Notes under the pieces: model-generated
Databases searched by the model: none
Seen by the model: only the letters and a program-made list of their open reading frames with translations
What the model was told of the DNA's origin: nothing
Made by a program: the position numbers and the translations under genes
NCBI GenBank assembly: GCA_046597055.1
Contig: JBKJLC010000016.1
Span: forward strand, 1 to 64,000
Length of the DNA stretch: 64,000 nucleotides
Origin: Kofleriaceae bacterium
Lineage (GTDB): Bacteria; Myxococcota_A; Polyangia; Haliangiales; Haliangiaceae
Direction: 5' to 3'
In this document: piece after piece, positions 34,710 through 44,123 of the stretch
Layout: each line of letters begins with the position of its first letter
Position numbering within the stretch: the stretch's first letter is position 1

Positions 34710-35590
34710 CCGAGGGCCAAGGCATCCTGTACGTGGTCGGCATCGGGCCGGGTGCGCACGCGCACGCCACGCCGGCCGCGCTGGCCGCGATCGCCGACGC
34801 CGACGTCATCGTCGGCTACACGACGTACATCAAGCTCGTCCGCGAGCTGATCGTGGGCAAGGAGGTCATCCGCACCGGCATGACCGAGGAGATCGGGCGC
34901 GCGCGGGCCGCGGTCGAGCGCGCCCGCGACGGCGCGAAGGTCGCGCTCATCTCGTCGGGGGATCCCGGCGTGTACGGCATGGCCGGGCTGGTCTTCCAGG
35001 TGCTGCGCGAGCTCGGCTGGAAGCGCGGCGAGTCGCCCGAGCTCCGGATCATCCCGGGCGTGACCGCGCTCAGCTCGTGCGCGTCGCTGGTGGGCGCGCC
35101 GCTGGTCCACGACTTCTGCGCGATCTCGCTGTCGGATCTGCTCACGCCGTGGCCGGTGATCGAGCGCCGGCTCGAGGCCGCGGCGTCGGCCGACTTCGTG
35201 ATCGGCCTGTACAACCCGGCCAGCGGCCGGCGCACCCGCCAGATCGTCGCGGCCCAGGAGATCATCCGGCGCCATCGCGAGGGCGCGACCCCGGTCGCGC
35301 TGGTGAAGAGCGCGTACCGCAAGCTGCAGGACGCGGTCGTCACCGATCTCGATCACTTCCTCGAGTACGAGATCGGGATGCTGACCACCGTGCTGGTCGG
35401 CTCGACCAACACCTACCTGTACGAGGGCTACATGGTCACGCCGCGCGGATACACCAACAAGTACACCGCCGACGGCGTGGTCCGGCCCGGCCAGCGCCCC
35501 GGCTACTCGCTGGTGCTCGGCGATGCGATGGCTGCGGCCACGGCCGCGGCGTCGGCGGGCGCGGTCCCGGCGTCGGGCGAGGCCGACTGA
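34706..35590 (+). CDS. cbiH: Cobalt-factor III C17-methyltransferase
   Basis: VGIGPG, SSGDPGVYGMAG, HDFCAISLSDLLTPW, LYNPAS, TPRGY. Confidence 0.95.
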   Translation: MTEGQGILYVVGIGPGAHAHATPAALAAIADADVIVGYTTYIKLVRELIVGKEVIRTGMTEEIGRARAAVERARDGAKVALISSGDPGVYGMAGLVFQVLRELGWKRGESPELRIIPGVTALSSCASLVGAPLVHDFCAISLSDLLTPWPVIERRLEAAASADFVIGLYNPASGRRTRQIVAAQEIIRRHREGATPVALVKSAYRKLQDAVVTDLDHFLEYEIGMLTTVLVGSTNTYLYEGYMVTPRGYTNKYTADGVVRPGQRPGYSLVLGDAMAAATAAASAGAVPASGEAD

Positions 35591-36003
35591 TGGCGTACGT
35601 CGGACGCATCGCGGGCGCGCTGCTCGCCGAGACCGGCGGCGCCTACTACCTGGTCGGCAACACCAAGACGCCGTGCGACTGGGCGGCGGCCGGCTTCATC
35701 GCGCCGGTGACCATCGACGCGCTGACGCGGCCCTGGCTCCGGCTCGACGTGACCGGTGCACCGACGCTCGGTGCGCCGCGCCTCCTCGTCGACGTCGAGG
35801 GCGAGGCGCTCGGCCGCCTGCTCGCCGACCTGTTCTTGATCCCGCGCACCGGCTCGGTCAGCGAGCGCCTGTGGCGCCTGGTGACCGGCCAGCGCGACGA
35901 GGACGACGAACCGGTCCCCGACCCCATCGCGGCCCGCTGGCTCGGCGAGATGCCGGGTCCGGTCTGGCAGGTCGTCCGCGACACCATCCTGCGCTGCAGC
36001 TGA
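35590..36003 (+). CDS. Hypothetical protein embedded in the cob operon
   Basis: TGATG coupling to cbiH; 137 aa MAYVGRI..LVGNTKTPCDW..GSVSERLW; coding-like GC3. Confidence 0.75.
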   Translation: MAYVGRIAGALLAETGGAYYLVGNTKTPCDWAAAGFIAPVTIDALTRPWLRLDVTGAPTLGAPRLLVDVEGEALGRLLADLFLIPRTGSVSERLWRLVTGQRDEDDEPVPDPIAARWLGEMPGPVWQVVRDTILRCS

Positions 36004-36011
36004 GGAGAACC

Positions 36012-36803
36012 ATGCGCGTCTACATCATCGGTGCCGGTCCCGGCGATCCCGAGCTGCTCACCCTGCGTGGTGCCCGGCTGATCGGCACGTGCCCGGTCGT
36101 GCTCTACACCGGCTCGCTGGTGCCGCGCGAGGTGCTGGCGCACGCCCGCCCCGACGCGCAGGTGCTCGACTCGGCGTCGATGACCCTCGATCAGATCCTC
36201 GCGGTCATCGTCGCCGCGCGCGACGCCGATCACGACGTGGCCCGGGTCCACACCGGCGACCCCAGCGTGTTCGGCTCGACCGGCGAGCAGATGCGCCGCA
36301 TGGACGAGCTCGGCATCGCCTACGAGATCGTGCCGGGCGTGTCGTCGTTCACCGCGGCCGCCGCGGTGCTCGGACGCGAGCTGACCCTGCCCGAGCTGAG
36401 CCAGACCATCATCATCACCCGCGCCGAAGGCCGCACGCCGATGCCCGATCGCGAGAAGCTCGCGGACCTCGCACGGCACGGCGCTACTCTGGCGCTGTTC
36501 CTCAGCATCACGCTGCTCGACGACGTCATCGCCGCGCTGGTCCCGTCGTACGGCGAGGACTGCCCGGTCGCGGTGGTGCACAAGGCGACCTGCCCCGATC
36601 AGCAGATCGTCCTCGGCACGCTCGCCGACATCCGCGGCAAGGTCGCGGCCGCCCGCATCCGCACCCAGTCGATGATCCTGGTCGGCCGGGTGCTCACCGC
36701 GACCGACTTCGCCAGCTCGCGCCTCTACGACCCGGCGTTCACCCACCGCTTCCGCCGCGGCACCTCGCACCCGCGCAAGGACAAGGCCCCCCGTGCCGAG
36801 TGA
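36012..36803 (+). CDS. cbiF: Cobalt-precorrin-4 C11-methyltransferase
   Basis: GAGPGDPELLT, YTGSLV, RVHTGDPS, ELTLPELSQT, SRLYDPAFTH; SD GAGGAG. Confidence 0.95.
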   Translation: MRVYIIGAGPGDPELLTLRGARLIGTCPVVLYTGSLVPREVLAHARPDAQVLDSASMTLDQILAVIVAARDADHDVARVHTGDPSVFGSTGEQMRRMDELGIAYEIVPGVSSFTAAAAVLGRELTLPELSQTIIITRAEGRTPMPDREKLADLARHGATLALFLSITLLDDVIAALVPSYGEDCPVAVVHKATCPDQQIVLGTLADIRGKVAAARIRTQSMILVGRVLTATDFASSRLYDPAFTHRFRRGTSHPRKDKAPRAE

Positions 36804-36847
36804 CCGCTGCGCGCGCGTGTACCGGCCGACCGCCGTCCCTCGCTCTC

Positions 36848-37198
36848 CCGTTCGTCCTGACACGGTTGCTCGACATCGCCTCGGCGAAGCGCGACTGCCG
36901 AGATCCGTTCGTCCTGAGCCCGAGCGAGCGCCAGCGAGCTCGGGGTCGAAGGACGCCCTGCCGACCGTCAGCGGGGCGCCCTCGGACTCCCGGCCATGGT
37001 CTCCCGGTGTCCTCGAGCGAAGCCTCGCGCAGCGAGCCGACGTCGACGACAAGCCCGTCGAGGGCCACTGGCTAACACCCTGGACGTCGGCCCTTCGACA
37101 TGGCGCCTTCGGCGCCGGCTCAGGGCCACCGGGCACGGGGCGCGCGCTCGATCACGTGGCGAGTCGTGATCGGAGGGCGAAGCGCGGCGTCGAAGGGC
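36848..37198. repeat. Cluster of REP/MITE-like palindromic repeats
   Basis: CCGTTCGTCCTGA twice (36848, 36905), GTCGAAGGACG (36945), inverted GCCCTTCGAC...GCTCAGGGC (37090-37126), GTCGAAGGGC (37189). Confidence 0.7.
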
Positions 37199-37220
37199 GC
37201 CATGCGGCCGGTGAACCGAC

Positions 37221-39311
37221 ATGAGCGGCCCGGCTTCCAGCGGAGAGCGCGCCCGTGCTGACCGACCGACCGTGGGCATCCGCATCGGCATCTCCGGCGC
37301 GGCCGGGGTCGGCAAGACCACGCTCGCCACCGCGCTGGCGGCCGAGCTCGGCGTGCCGTGCCTGCCCGAGGAGATGCGCGCGCATCTGGAGCAGACCGGC
37401 CGGCCGCTGTCCGAGCTACCGGTCGTCGAGGCGCGGCAGATCGTCACCGCGCTGTGGCGCGGTCGCGCCGAGCTCGAGCGGACCACGCCGTCGTTCGTCG
37501 CCGACAACGCGTGCCTCGACTTCGCGGCCTACGCGCTCTATCACGGCTGTCTCGAGGACGCGTCGTGGGCGGAGCCGCCCGAGCTGCTGCGCGCGCCGAT
37601 CGAACACCTCGCCGGTTACGACGCGATCGTCCTGCTGCCCGCCGGGGTGCTGCCGTATGTCCGCGACGGCGTCCGCTCGTCCAACGCGTCGCTGCAGCTG
37701 CGCTACCAGCTGATCATCGAGGGGCTGCTGCGCCGCCACGCCGACCCGCGCAAGGTGCATCACCTGCCCGAGGGCTGCACCGCGCCCGCCGACCGCCGCG
37801 CATGGGCGCGCGCGATCGTCGACAAGCTCCCCGCGCACCGGGCCCGCCGCCGGCCGGTGCGTGGGCTCGATCCGACCGGCGTGGTGTACCTGGTCGGCGC
37901 CGGCCCCGGCGATCCCGGGCTCTTGACCGTGCGCGCGTGCGAGCTGCTGCGGACCGCCGACGTGGTGGCGCACGACCTCCTGGTCCCGCCCGCGGTCCTC
38001 GCGCTCGCCGGGGCCACCGCCGAGCTCCTGCCGGTCGGTCGGCGCAAGGGCGGCGGTCCCACCCCGTACCAGCTGCATCCCGCCGTGTTCGAGCGGGCGC
38101 GCGCCGGCCAGTCCGTGGTCCGGCTCAAGGCCGGCGACCCGATGGTGTTCGGGCGCGGCGGCGAGGAGGCCGAGGCGCTGGCCGAGGCCGGGATCCGCTT
38201 CGAGATCGTCCCCGGGGTGTCGTCCGCGCTCGGCGCCGCCGCGTACGCGGGCATCCCGCTCACCCACCGCCTGTGCGCGTCCGACGTGACGTTCGTCAGC
38301 GGCCACGACGCCGAGGGGCCGCCGGTGTCGCTGACCGACTGGGCCCGCCTGGCCGGCGGCACCGGCACGATCGTCATGTTCATGGCGGCCCGGAGCCTGG
38401 CGGCCAACCTGGCGCGGTTGATCGCAGGCGGGCGCTCGCCGGAGACGCCGGCCGCGTACGTCGCCGCCGCGACCACACCGGCCCAGCACGTCATCGTCGG
38501 CACGCTCGCCACCCTGCCCGGCCTGATCGCGAACGTCGATCCGACGCCGCCGGCGCTGATCATCATCGGCGAGGTGGTCCGGCTGCGCGAGCGGATCGCG
38601 TGGTTCGAGCACCGGACGCTCGCGGGTCGCCGCCTGGTGGTCGCGCGGGCGCGGCCGGGCCGGTCCGCGATCGCACGCGAGCTGCGCGGGCTGGGCGCCG
38701 AGGTGCTCGAGGTCCCCGAGGTCGAGTCGGTGGCGCTCGATCACGCCCCCGCCGCGGCGCGCACCACGACCCACGATGGCATCGTCTTCGGCTGTGCCGC
38801 CGGCGTCGACGCGGTGGTGGCGCGCGCGGTGCCGACCCTCCCGATCATCGCGGTCGGCACCGAGGCCCAGCGCGCGCTGGCCCGGCACGGCCTGGCCCCG
38901 GCGGTCTGCGTCCGCGGCGCCTGTCGCGACGCGCTGGTCGAGCACGCGGCCCGGTTCGTCGGTCGACGATTCCTGCTGATCACCTCCGACGACGGCCGAC
39001 CCGCGCTCGCCCAGGTGCTGACCGCGCTCGGCGCCACGGTCGACCTCGAGGTCGGCTACCGCTACGTTCGTCGGAGCGCCCCCGCGCCGCTGCCGCCGAT
39101 CGATCTGGTGGTGCTGCCCAGCTCGTCGGCCGCGCGCAACCTGCTGTCTGGCGTGCTCGGCACCGAGCTGTGCCAGGTCCCGATGGTCGCGATGGGCCCC
39201 GCCACCGAGGCCGCGGCGCGCGACCTGGGCGCGCGGCACGTGGTCCGCGCGGCCGACGACACCCCGACCGCGCTGGTCGCCTGCGCCCTGTCGATGGTAG
39301 GAGCCCCATGA
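37221..39311 (+). CDS. cobA: P-loop (NadR/AAA_28-like) + uroporphyrinogen-III C-methyltransferase + HemD-like fusion
   Basis: ISGAAGVGKTT and DGVR; VYLVGAGPGDPGLLT, RLKAGDPMVFGRGGEE, AGIPLTHR; SSSAA..MGPAT. Confidence 0.88.
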   Translation: MSGPASSGERARADRPTVGIRIGISGAAGVGKTTLATALAAELGVPCLPEEMRAHLEQTGRPLSELPVVEARQIVTALWRGRAELERTTPSFVADNACLDFAAYALYHGCLEDASWAEPPELLRAPIEHLAGYDAIVLLPAGVLPYVRDGVRSSNASLQLRYQLIIEGLLRRHADPRKVHHLPEGCTAPADRRAWARAIVDKLPAHRARRRPVRGLDPTGVVYLVGAGPGDPGLLTVRACELLRTADVVAHDLLVPPAVLALAGATAELLPVGRRKGGGPTPYQLHPAVFERARAGQSVVRLKAGDPMVFGRGGEEAEALAEAGIRFEIVPGVSSALGAAAYAGIPLTHRLCASDVTFVSGHDAEGPPVSLTDWARLAGGTGTIVMFMAARSLAANLARLIAGGRSPETPAAYVAAATTPAQHVIVGTLATLPGLIANVDPTPPALIIIGEVVRLRERIAWFEHRTLAGRRLVVARARPGRSAIARELRGLGAEVLEVPEVESVALDHAPAAARTTTHDGIVFGCAAGVDAVVARAVPTLPIIAVGTEAQRALARHGLAPAVCVRGACRDALVEHAARFVGRRFLLITSDDGRPALAQVLTALGATVDLEVGYRYVRRSAPAPLPPIDLVVLPSSSAARNLLSGVLGTELCQVPMVAMGPATEAAARDLGARHVVRAADDTPTALVACALSMVGAP

Positions 39312-40414
39312 CCGATCCGATGTTTCCCGCCGCCTGGCGCCGCGGCGTCTACGAGGCGATCGCCCAGCGGCACGAGCGCCGCGACCTGCGGCCCGAGCCG
39401 GTCGCGCCCGAGGTGCTCGCGCGCATCCTGTCGGCGGCGCACCAGGCCGGACGCGCCGACCTCACGCCGCCCTGGCGGTTCCTGGTGATCACCGATCCCA
39501 CGGTCCGTCACGCGGTCCGCACCCAGCTCGACGGGATCGGCGACGCGCCCGTCCACGTCTGCATCACTTGCGACCCGGCCCCCGCGGCGATCGCGAGTGC
39601 CGAGGGCGCGCTCCAGAACCTGTGGCTGGCGGCGCGCGCCGAGGGCATCGGGGTCAGCGCCGTCACCGTCCGCGAGCCCGCCGCCCTGCGCACGGTCCTC
39701 GGCATCCCCGCGTCGGTGGTGCCGGTCGCCTACCTGGGGCTCGGCCACGTCGATCACTTTCCGGCAGCACCCGGGCCCGATCCTGAGCGGACGCCGCCGG
39801 TCTTCCAGGACGCCTGGGGCCAGGCGCCCGGGCCCGACCTGGCGCGCGCGCTCGAGCGCGGGACGCTGGTGGGGCCGCGGGTCGGCACCGAGACGCCGGG
39901 GCGCGGCCTGCTGCTGGTCTACACCGGCCAGGGCAAGGGCAAGACCACCGCCGCGCTCGGCGTGGTGTTCCGCGCGCTCGGCCGCGGCCTACGGGTCGCG
40001 GTCGTGCAGTTCATCAAGGGCAAGTGGAAGACCGGCGAGCGGCTGTTCGCCGAGACCCTGCCGGAGCTCACGTTCCTGGTCATGGGCCAGGGCTTCACCT
40101 GGGAGAGCGACGATCTGTCGCGCGATCGCAACGCCGCGATCGCCGCGTGGAACCGGACCAAGGAGCTCATCGCTGCCGGCGCGCACTCGGTGATCGTCCT
40201 CGACGAGATCACCTATGCGATCAACTACGGCTTCATCGACGGCGACGATGTGGTGGCCACCTTCGCCAGCCGCCCCGCCCACGTCCACGTGCTGGTGACC
40301 GGCCGCAACGCGCCCGACGCGCTGTGCGCGGCCGCCGATCTGGTCACCGAGATGAAGCCGGTGAAGCACCCGTTCGCGCAGGGCCACAAGGCCCAGCCCG
40401 GGATCGACTTCTGA
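39308..40414 (+). CDS. cobO: BluB-like nitroreductase domain fused to corrinoid adenosyltransferase
   Basis: VYEAI, AAHQA, PWRF, QNLWLAARAEGIG, AYLGLG; then YTGQGKGKTTAA, QFIKG, LDEI, TGR, DLVTEM, KHPF, GIDF. Confidence 0.88.
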   Translation: MTDPMFPAAWRRGVYEAIAQRHERRDLRPEPVAPEVLARILSAAHQAGRADLTPPWRFLVITDPTVRHAVRTQLDGIGDAPVHVCITCDPAPAAIASAEGALQNLWLAARAEGIGVSAVTVREPAALRTVLGIPASVVPVAYLGLGHVDHFPAAPGPDPERTPPVFQDAWGQAPGPDLARALERGTLVGPRVGTETPGRGLLLVYTGQGKGKTTAALGVVFRALGRGLRVAVVQFIKGKWKTGERLFAETLPELTFLVMGQGFTWESDDLSRDRNAAIAAWNRTKELIAAGAHSVIVLDEITYAINYGFIDGDDVVATFASRPAHVHVLVTGRNAPDALCAAADLVTEMKPVKHPFAQGHKAQPGIDF

Positions 40415-41796
40415 TGATCCCGCGCCTCGTGATCGCCGGCACCGCGAGCGGCGTCGGCAAGACCACCGTCACGGTCGGGCTGGCCCGGGCGCTGCGCGCG
40501 CGCGGCCTGCGCGTCGCCATCTTCAAGTGCGGCCCCGACTACCTCGATCCCACCTATCACGCGCGCGCGGTCGATGGACCGTGCCACAACCTCGACGGCT
40601 GGATGATGGGCCGCGAGGCGGTGATCGCCACCTTCGCGCACGCCGCGCGCGACGCCGACCTCGCGCTGCTCGAGGGCGTGATGGGGCTGTTCGACGGCGC
40701 CTCGCCCACCGGCGAGGAGGGCTCGACCGCCGAGATCGCCAAGTGGCTGGCGGCGCCGGTCGTGCTGGTCTGCGACGCCGGCGGCATGGCGCGCAGCATT
40801 GCCGCGCTCGGCCGCGGGTTCGCCAGCTTCGATCCCGCGCTCGCGCTGGCTGGCCTGGTATGCAACCGGGTCGGCAGTCGCAGCCACCTCGACCTGCTCG
40901 GTGCCGCCACCGGCGGCGCGCCGAAGGTGCTGGGCGGGCTGCCCAAGGAGGAGGCCCTGGCGTTTCCCGGCCGGCATCTCGGGCTGCGCACCGCCGACCG
41001 CGACGCGGTACCCGAGCGCGTGTTCGACGGCTGGGGCGAGCGGGTCGCCGCGTGGATCGACGTCGACGCCTTGCTCGCGATCGCGCGGGCAGCGCCGGCC
41101 CTGGCCAGCGCCGTCGCCGCGGCCCCCGCGGTCACCGGCGACGCCCGGTGCCGGATCGGGCTCGCCTTCGACGAGGCCTTCCACTTCTACTACGACGACA
41201 ACCTGCGTCGCCTCGAGCGCCTGGGCGCCGAGCTGGTGCGGTTCTCGCCGCTGCACGACGCCCGCCTGCCCGACGTCGACGGCCTCTACCTCGGCGGCGG
41301 CTATCCCGAGGTCCACGCCGCGGCGCTGTCGGCCAACGCGACCATGCTCGCCGACGTCGCGGCGTTCGCGGGGGCCGGCCGCCCGATCTACGCCGAGTGC
41401 GGCGGCCTGATGTACCTGTCGTCCGGGATCCGGACACGCGACGACCGCCTGCATCCGATGGCGGGGGTGATCGCCGGCGAGGCGGTCATGTGCGAGCGCC
41501 TGCAGGCCCTGGGCTACGTCGAGGTCGAGACCCAGACCCGCACCCTGCTCGGCCCGGCCGGGCTGCGCTTCCGCGGCCACCAGTTCCGCTACTCCGAGCT
41601 GCGCGGCATGCCCGATCAGCTCGAGCGCGCGTACAGCGTCCGCAAGCGCCGCAGCGGTCAGGTCGAGCGCGAGGGCTACCACGCCGGCAACGTGGTCGCC
41701 TCGTACGTCCACGCGCACTGGGCCTCCAACCCGCTGGTAGCCAGCGGGTTCGTCGAGGCCTGCACCCGCGCGCGCACCACGCCGGGGCGGCCATGA
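40414..41796 (+). CDS. cbiA: Cobyrinate a,c-diamide synthase
   Basis: SGVGKTT, FKCGPDYLDP, EGVMGLFDG, RHLGL, GGGYPE, AECGG. Confidence 0.95.
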   Translation: MIPRLVIAGTASGVGKTTVTVGLARALRARGLRVAIFKCGPDYLDPTYHARAVDGPCHNLDGWMMGREAVIATFAHAARDADLALLEGVMGLFDGASPTGEEGSTAEIAKWLAAPVVLVCDAGGMARSIAALGRGFASFDPALALAGLVCNRVGSRSHLDLLGAATGGAPKVLGGLPKEEALAFPGRHLGLRTADRDAVPERVFDGWGERVAAWIDVDALLAIARAAPALASAVAAAPAVTGDARCRIGLAFDEAFHFYYDDNLRRLERLGAELVRFSPLHDARLPDVDGLYLGGGYPEVHAAALSANATMLADVAAFAGAGRPIYAECGGLMYLSSGIRTRDDRLHPMAGVIAGEAVMCERLQALGYVEVETQTRTLLGPAGLRFRGHQFRYSELRGMPDQLERAYSVRKRRSGQVEREGYHAGNVVASYVHAHWASNPLVASGFVEACTRARTTPGRP

Positions 41797-42512
41797 GCGC
41801 GCTGCCCCGGACCCACGCGCCGGTCGGTGAACCCGCGCCGCCAGCCGGCGTCGCTCGCGACGGCTCGTGGCTGGTGGTCCGGTTCGCCGCGATGCACCGG
41901 CTGGTGAGCTGGGCGATCGTCGGCGGCGGCCTCCGACGCGGCCGCACGGTGGCGTGGCTGCAGGTGTCCGAGACCGACCTGCGCCCGCCGGTGCAGGCCG
42001 AACAGTTCCTCCAGGCCCACCTCGACACCGCCGGCCTCTCCGACGCGGTCGGGCTGCTCACCAGCCGCGACCTCGACGCGTACGTCGAGCACCAGGTGGC
42101 GTACCGCGACCTCGACGCCCACTGCGTCACCACCGTGGGCCTCGGCAACGCCCTGCGCGCCGGCGACCCGCCCGGCGCGAGCGCGCGCATCGGCACCATC
42201 AACACGCTGTGCCGGGTCTCGGCCCCGCTCACCGACGCGGCGCTGCTCGAGGCGCTGGCGCTGGCGGCCGAGGCCCGGACGCTCGCCGTGCGCGAGGCGA
42301 CGGTCGCCAGCCGGATCTCCGGCCGGCCGGCGTCGGGCACCGGCACCGACTGCATCGTGATCGCCGCGCCCGAAGCCGCCCGCGGCGCGGCCTACGCCGG
42401 CAAGCACACCGCGGTGGGCCACGTCGTCGGCGCCGCCGTGTACGAGGCCACCCGGCGCGGCGTCGAGCAGTGGCACCACGAGCGGGCCGCCGCCCTGCAA
42501 GGTCACCGATGA
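41793..42512 (+). CDS. cbiZ: Adenosylcobinamide amidohydrolase
   Basis: GGG, VGLLTS, TVGLGNA, GTIN, ASGTGTDC, YAGKHT. Confidence 0.88.
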   Translation: MSALPRTHAPVGEPAPPAGVARDGSWLVVRFAAMHRLVSWAIVGGGLRRGRTVAWLQVSETDLRPPVQAEQFLQAHLDTAGLSDAVGLLTSRDLDAYVEHQVAYRDLDAHCVTTVGLGNALRAGDPPGASARIGTINTLCRVSAPLTDAALLEALALAAEARTLAVREATVASRISGRPASGTGTDCIVIAAPEAARGAAYAGKHTAVGHVVGAAVYEATRRGVEQWHHERAAALQGHR

Positions 42513-43081
42513 CGCCCCACCGGCTGGTGCTGGTCGGCGGCGGGGTGCGCTCGGGCAAGAGCGCGTTCGCGCTGGCGCGGGCCCGGACCCTCGGCGCCCG
42601 CCGCACGTTCATCGCCACCGCCCAGCCGTTCGATGACGAGATGCGCGCCCGGATCGCCCAGCACCGCGACGAGCGCGGCCGTGACTTCGCGACCGTCGAG
42701 GCGCCACGGGCCCTGGCCGCGGCGGTGCGCGCGCTGCACGACACCGACGTGGTGGTGATCGACTGCCTCACGCTGTGGCTGTCGAACCTGCTGCTGGCGG
42801 AGCTGACGCCGCCGCGCATCCTCGAGCAGGTCGACGACCTGGTCACCACGCTGGGCCGGCGGGCCTTCCATATCGTCATCGTCACCAACGAGGTCGGGAT
42901 GGGCGTCGTGCCACCCTCCCCGCTCGGCCGCGCGTTCCGGGACGTCTGTGGGCTCGCCCATCAGCGGCTCGCGCGGGTCGCCGACGAGATCGATGTCGCC
43001 ATCCTCGGCACGATCCTGCGCATCCACCCGGCCCCGATCGAGCTGCAACCCGTGGAGTCCCCTCATGTCGAGTCTTGCTGA
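42509..43081 (+). CDS. cobU: Adenosylcobinamide kinase / phosphate guanylyltransferase
   Basis: GGVRSGKS, IATA..DDEM..RI..H, DCLTLWLSN, NEVGMG, FRD. Confidence 0.95.
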   Translation: MTPHRLVLVGGGVRSGKSAFALARARTLGARRTFIATAQPFDDEMRARIAQHRDERGRDFATVEAPRALAAAVRALHDTDVVVIDCLTLWLSNLLLAELTPPRILEQVDDLVTTLGRRAFHIVIVTNEVGMGVVPPSPLGRAFRDVCGLAHQRLARVADEIDVAILGTILRIHPAPIELQPVESPHVESC

Positions 43082-44123
43082 CGTATCCGCCCGCATCGTC
43101 CCGGTCGACCCGCGCCTGGCCACCGAGACCCAGCGGCTGCTCGACGGCAAGACCAAGCCGCGGCGCAGCCTGGGTCGCCTCGAGGAGCTCGCCGGCCAGA
43201 TCGCGGCGATCCGCGGGGTCGCCGCGCCCGCCCTGCCGGTGAAGGCGATCGTGGTCATGGGCGCCGATCACGGCATCGTCGCCGAGGGCGTCAGCGCCTA
43301 CCCGCAGGCGGTCACCGGCCAGATGCTGCTGAACTTCGCGCGCGGCGGCGCCGCGATCAACGTCCTGGCCCGCCACGCCGGCGCCCGCCTGGTGGTGGTC
43401 GACCTGGGCGTCGTCGAGCCGCTGCCGCCCTGTCCCGAGATCCGCGCCCACCGCATCGGCCCCGGCACCCGCAACTTTGCCCTCGGCCCGGCGATGACCC
43501 GGGCCGAGGCGATCGCAGCCATCGAGGTCGGCATCGGCATCGCCAGCGAGCTCGCCGCCGACGGCGTCACGCTGATCGGCATCGGCGACATGGGCATCGG
43601 CAACACCACCGCCTCGAGCGCGCTCACCGCACTGTTCACCGGCGCACCGCCCGAGGCGGTCACCGGCCGTGGCACCGGCATCGACGACGCCGGGCTGCGC
43701 CGCAAGATCGACGCGATCGAGCGTGGCCTCGCGATCAACGCGCCCGACCCCGGCGACGCGCTCGGTGCGCTCGCCAAGGTCGGCGGCTTCGAGCTCGCCG
43801 GGCTGTGCGGCGTGGTCCTGGGCGCGGCGGCGGCGCGGGTGCCGGTGGTCATCGACGGCTTCATCGCCAGCGCCGCCGCCCTGTGCGCGGCGCGGATGGT
43901 GCCCGCCGCCGCCGGCTACCTGATCGCCGCGCATCGCTCGGTCGAGATCGGCCATCGCGTGGTGCTGCAGGCGCTCGGCGCGCAGCCGCTGCTCGAGCTC
44001 GACCTCCGGCTCGGCGAGGGCACCGGGGCCGCGCTCGCGATGGGCCTGATCGATGCCGCGCTGCACATCCTGCACGAGATGGCGACCTTCGACAGCGCCG
44101 GCGTGAGCGACGCGGGCGCATGA
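43065..44123 (+). CDS. cobT: Nicotinate-nucleotide:DMB phosphoribosyltransferase
   Basis: [42 protein letters not shown]. Confidence 0.96.
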   Translation: MSSLADVSARIVPVDPRLATETQRLLDGKTKPRRSLGRLEELAGQIAAIRGVAAPALPVKAIVVMGADHGIVAEGVSAYPQAVTGQMLLNFARGGAAINVLARHAGARLVVVDLGVVEPLPPCPEIRAHRIGPGTRNFALGPAMTRAEAIAAIEVGIGIASELAADGVTLIGIGDMGIGNTTASSALTALFTGAPPEAVTGRGTGIDDAGLRRKIDAIERGLAINAPDPGDALGALAKVGGFELAGLCGVVLGAAAARVPVVIDGFIASAAALCAARMVPAAAGYLIAAHRSVEIGHRVVLQALGAQPLLELDLRLGEGTGAALAMGLIDAALHILHEMATFDSAGVSDAGA

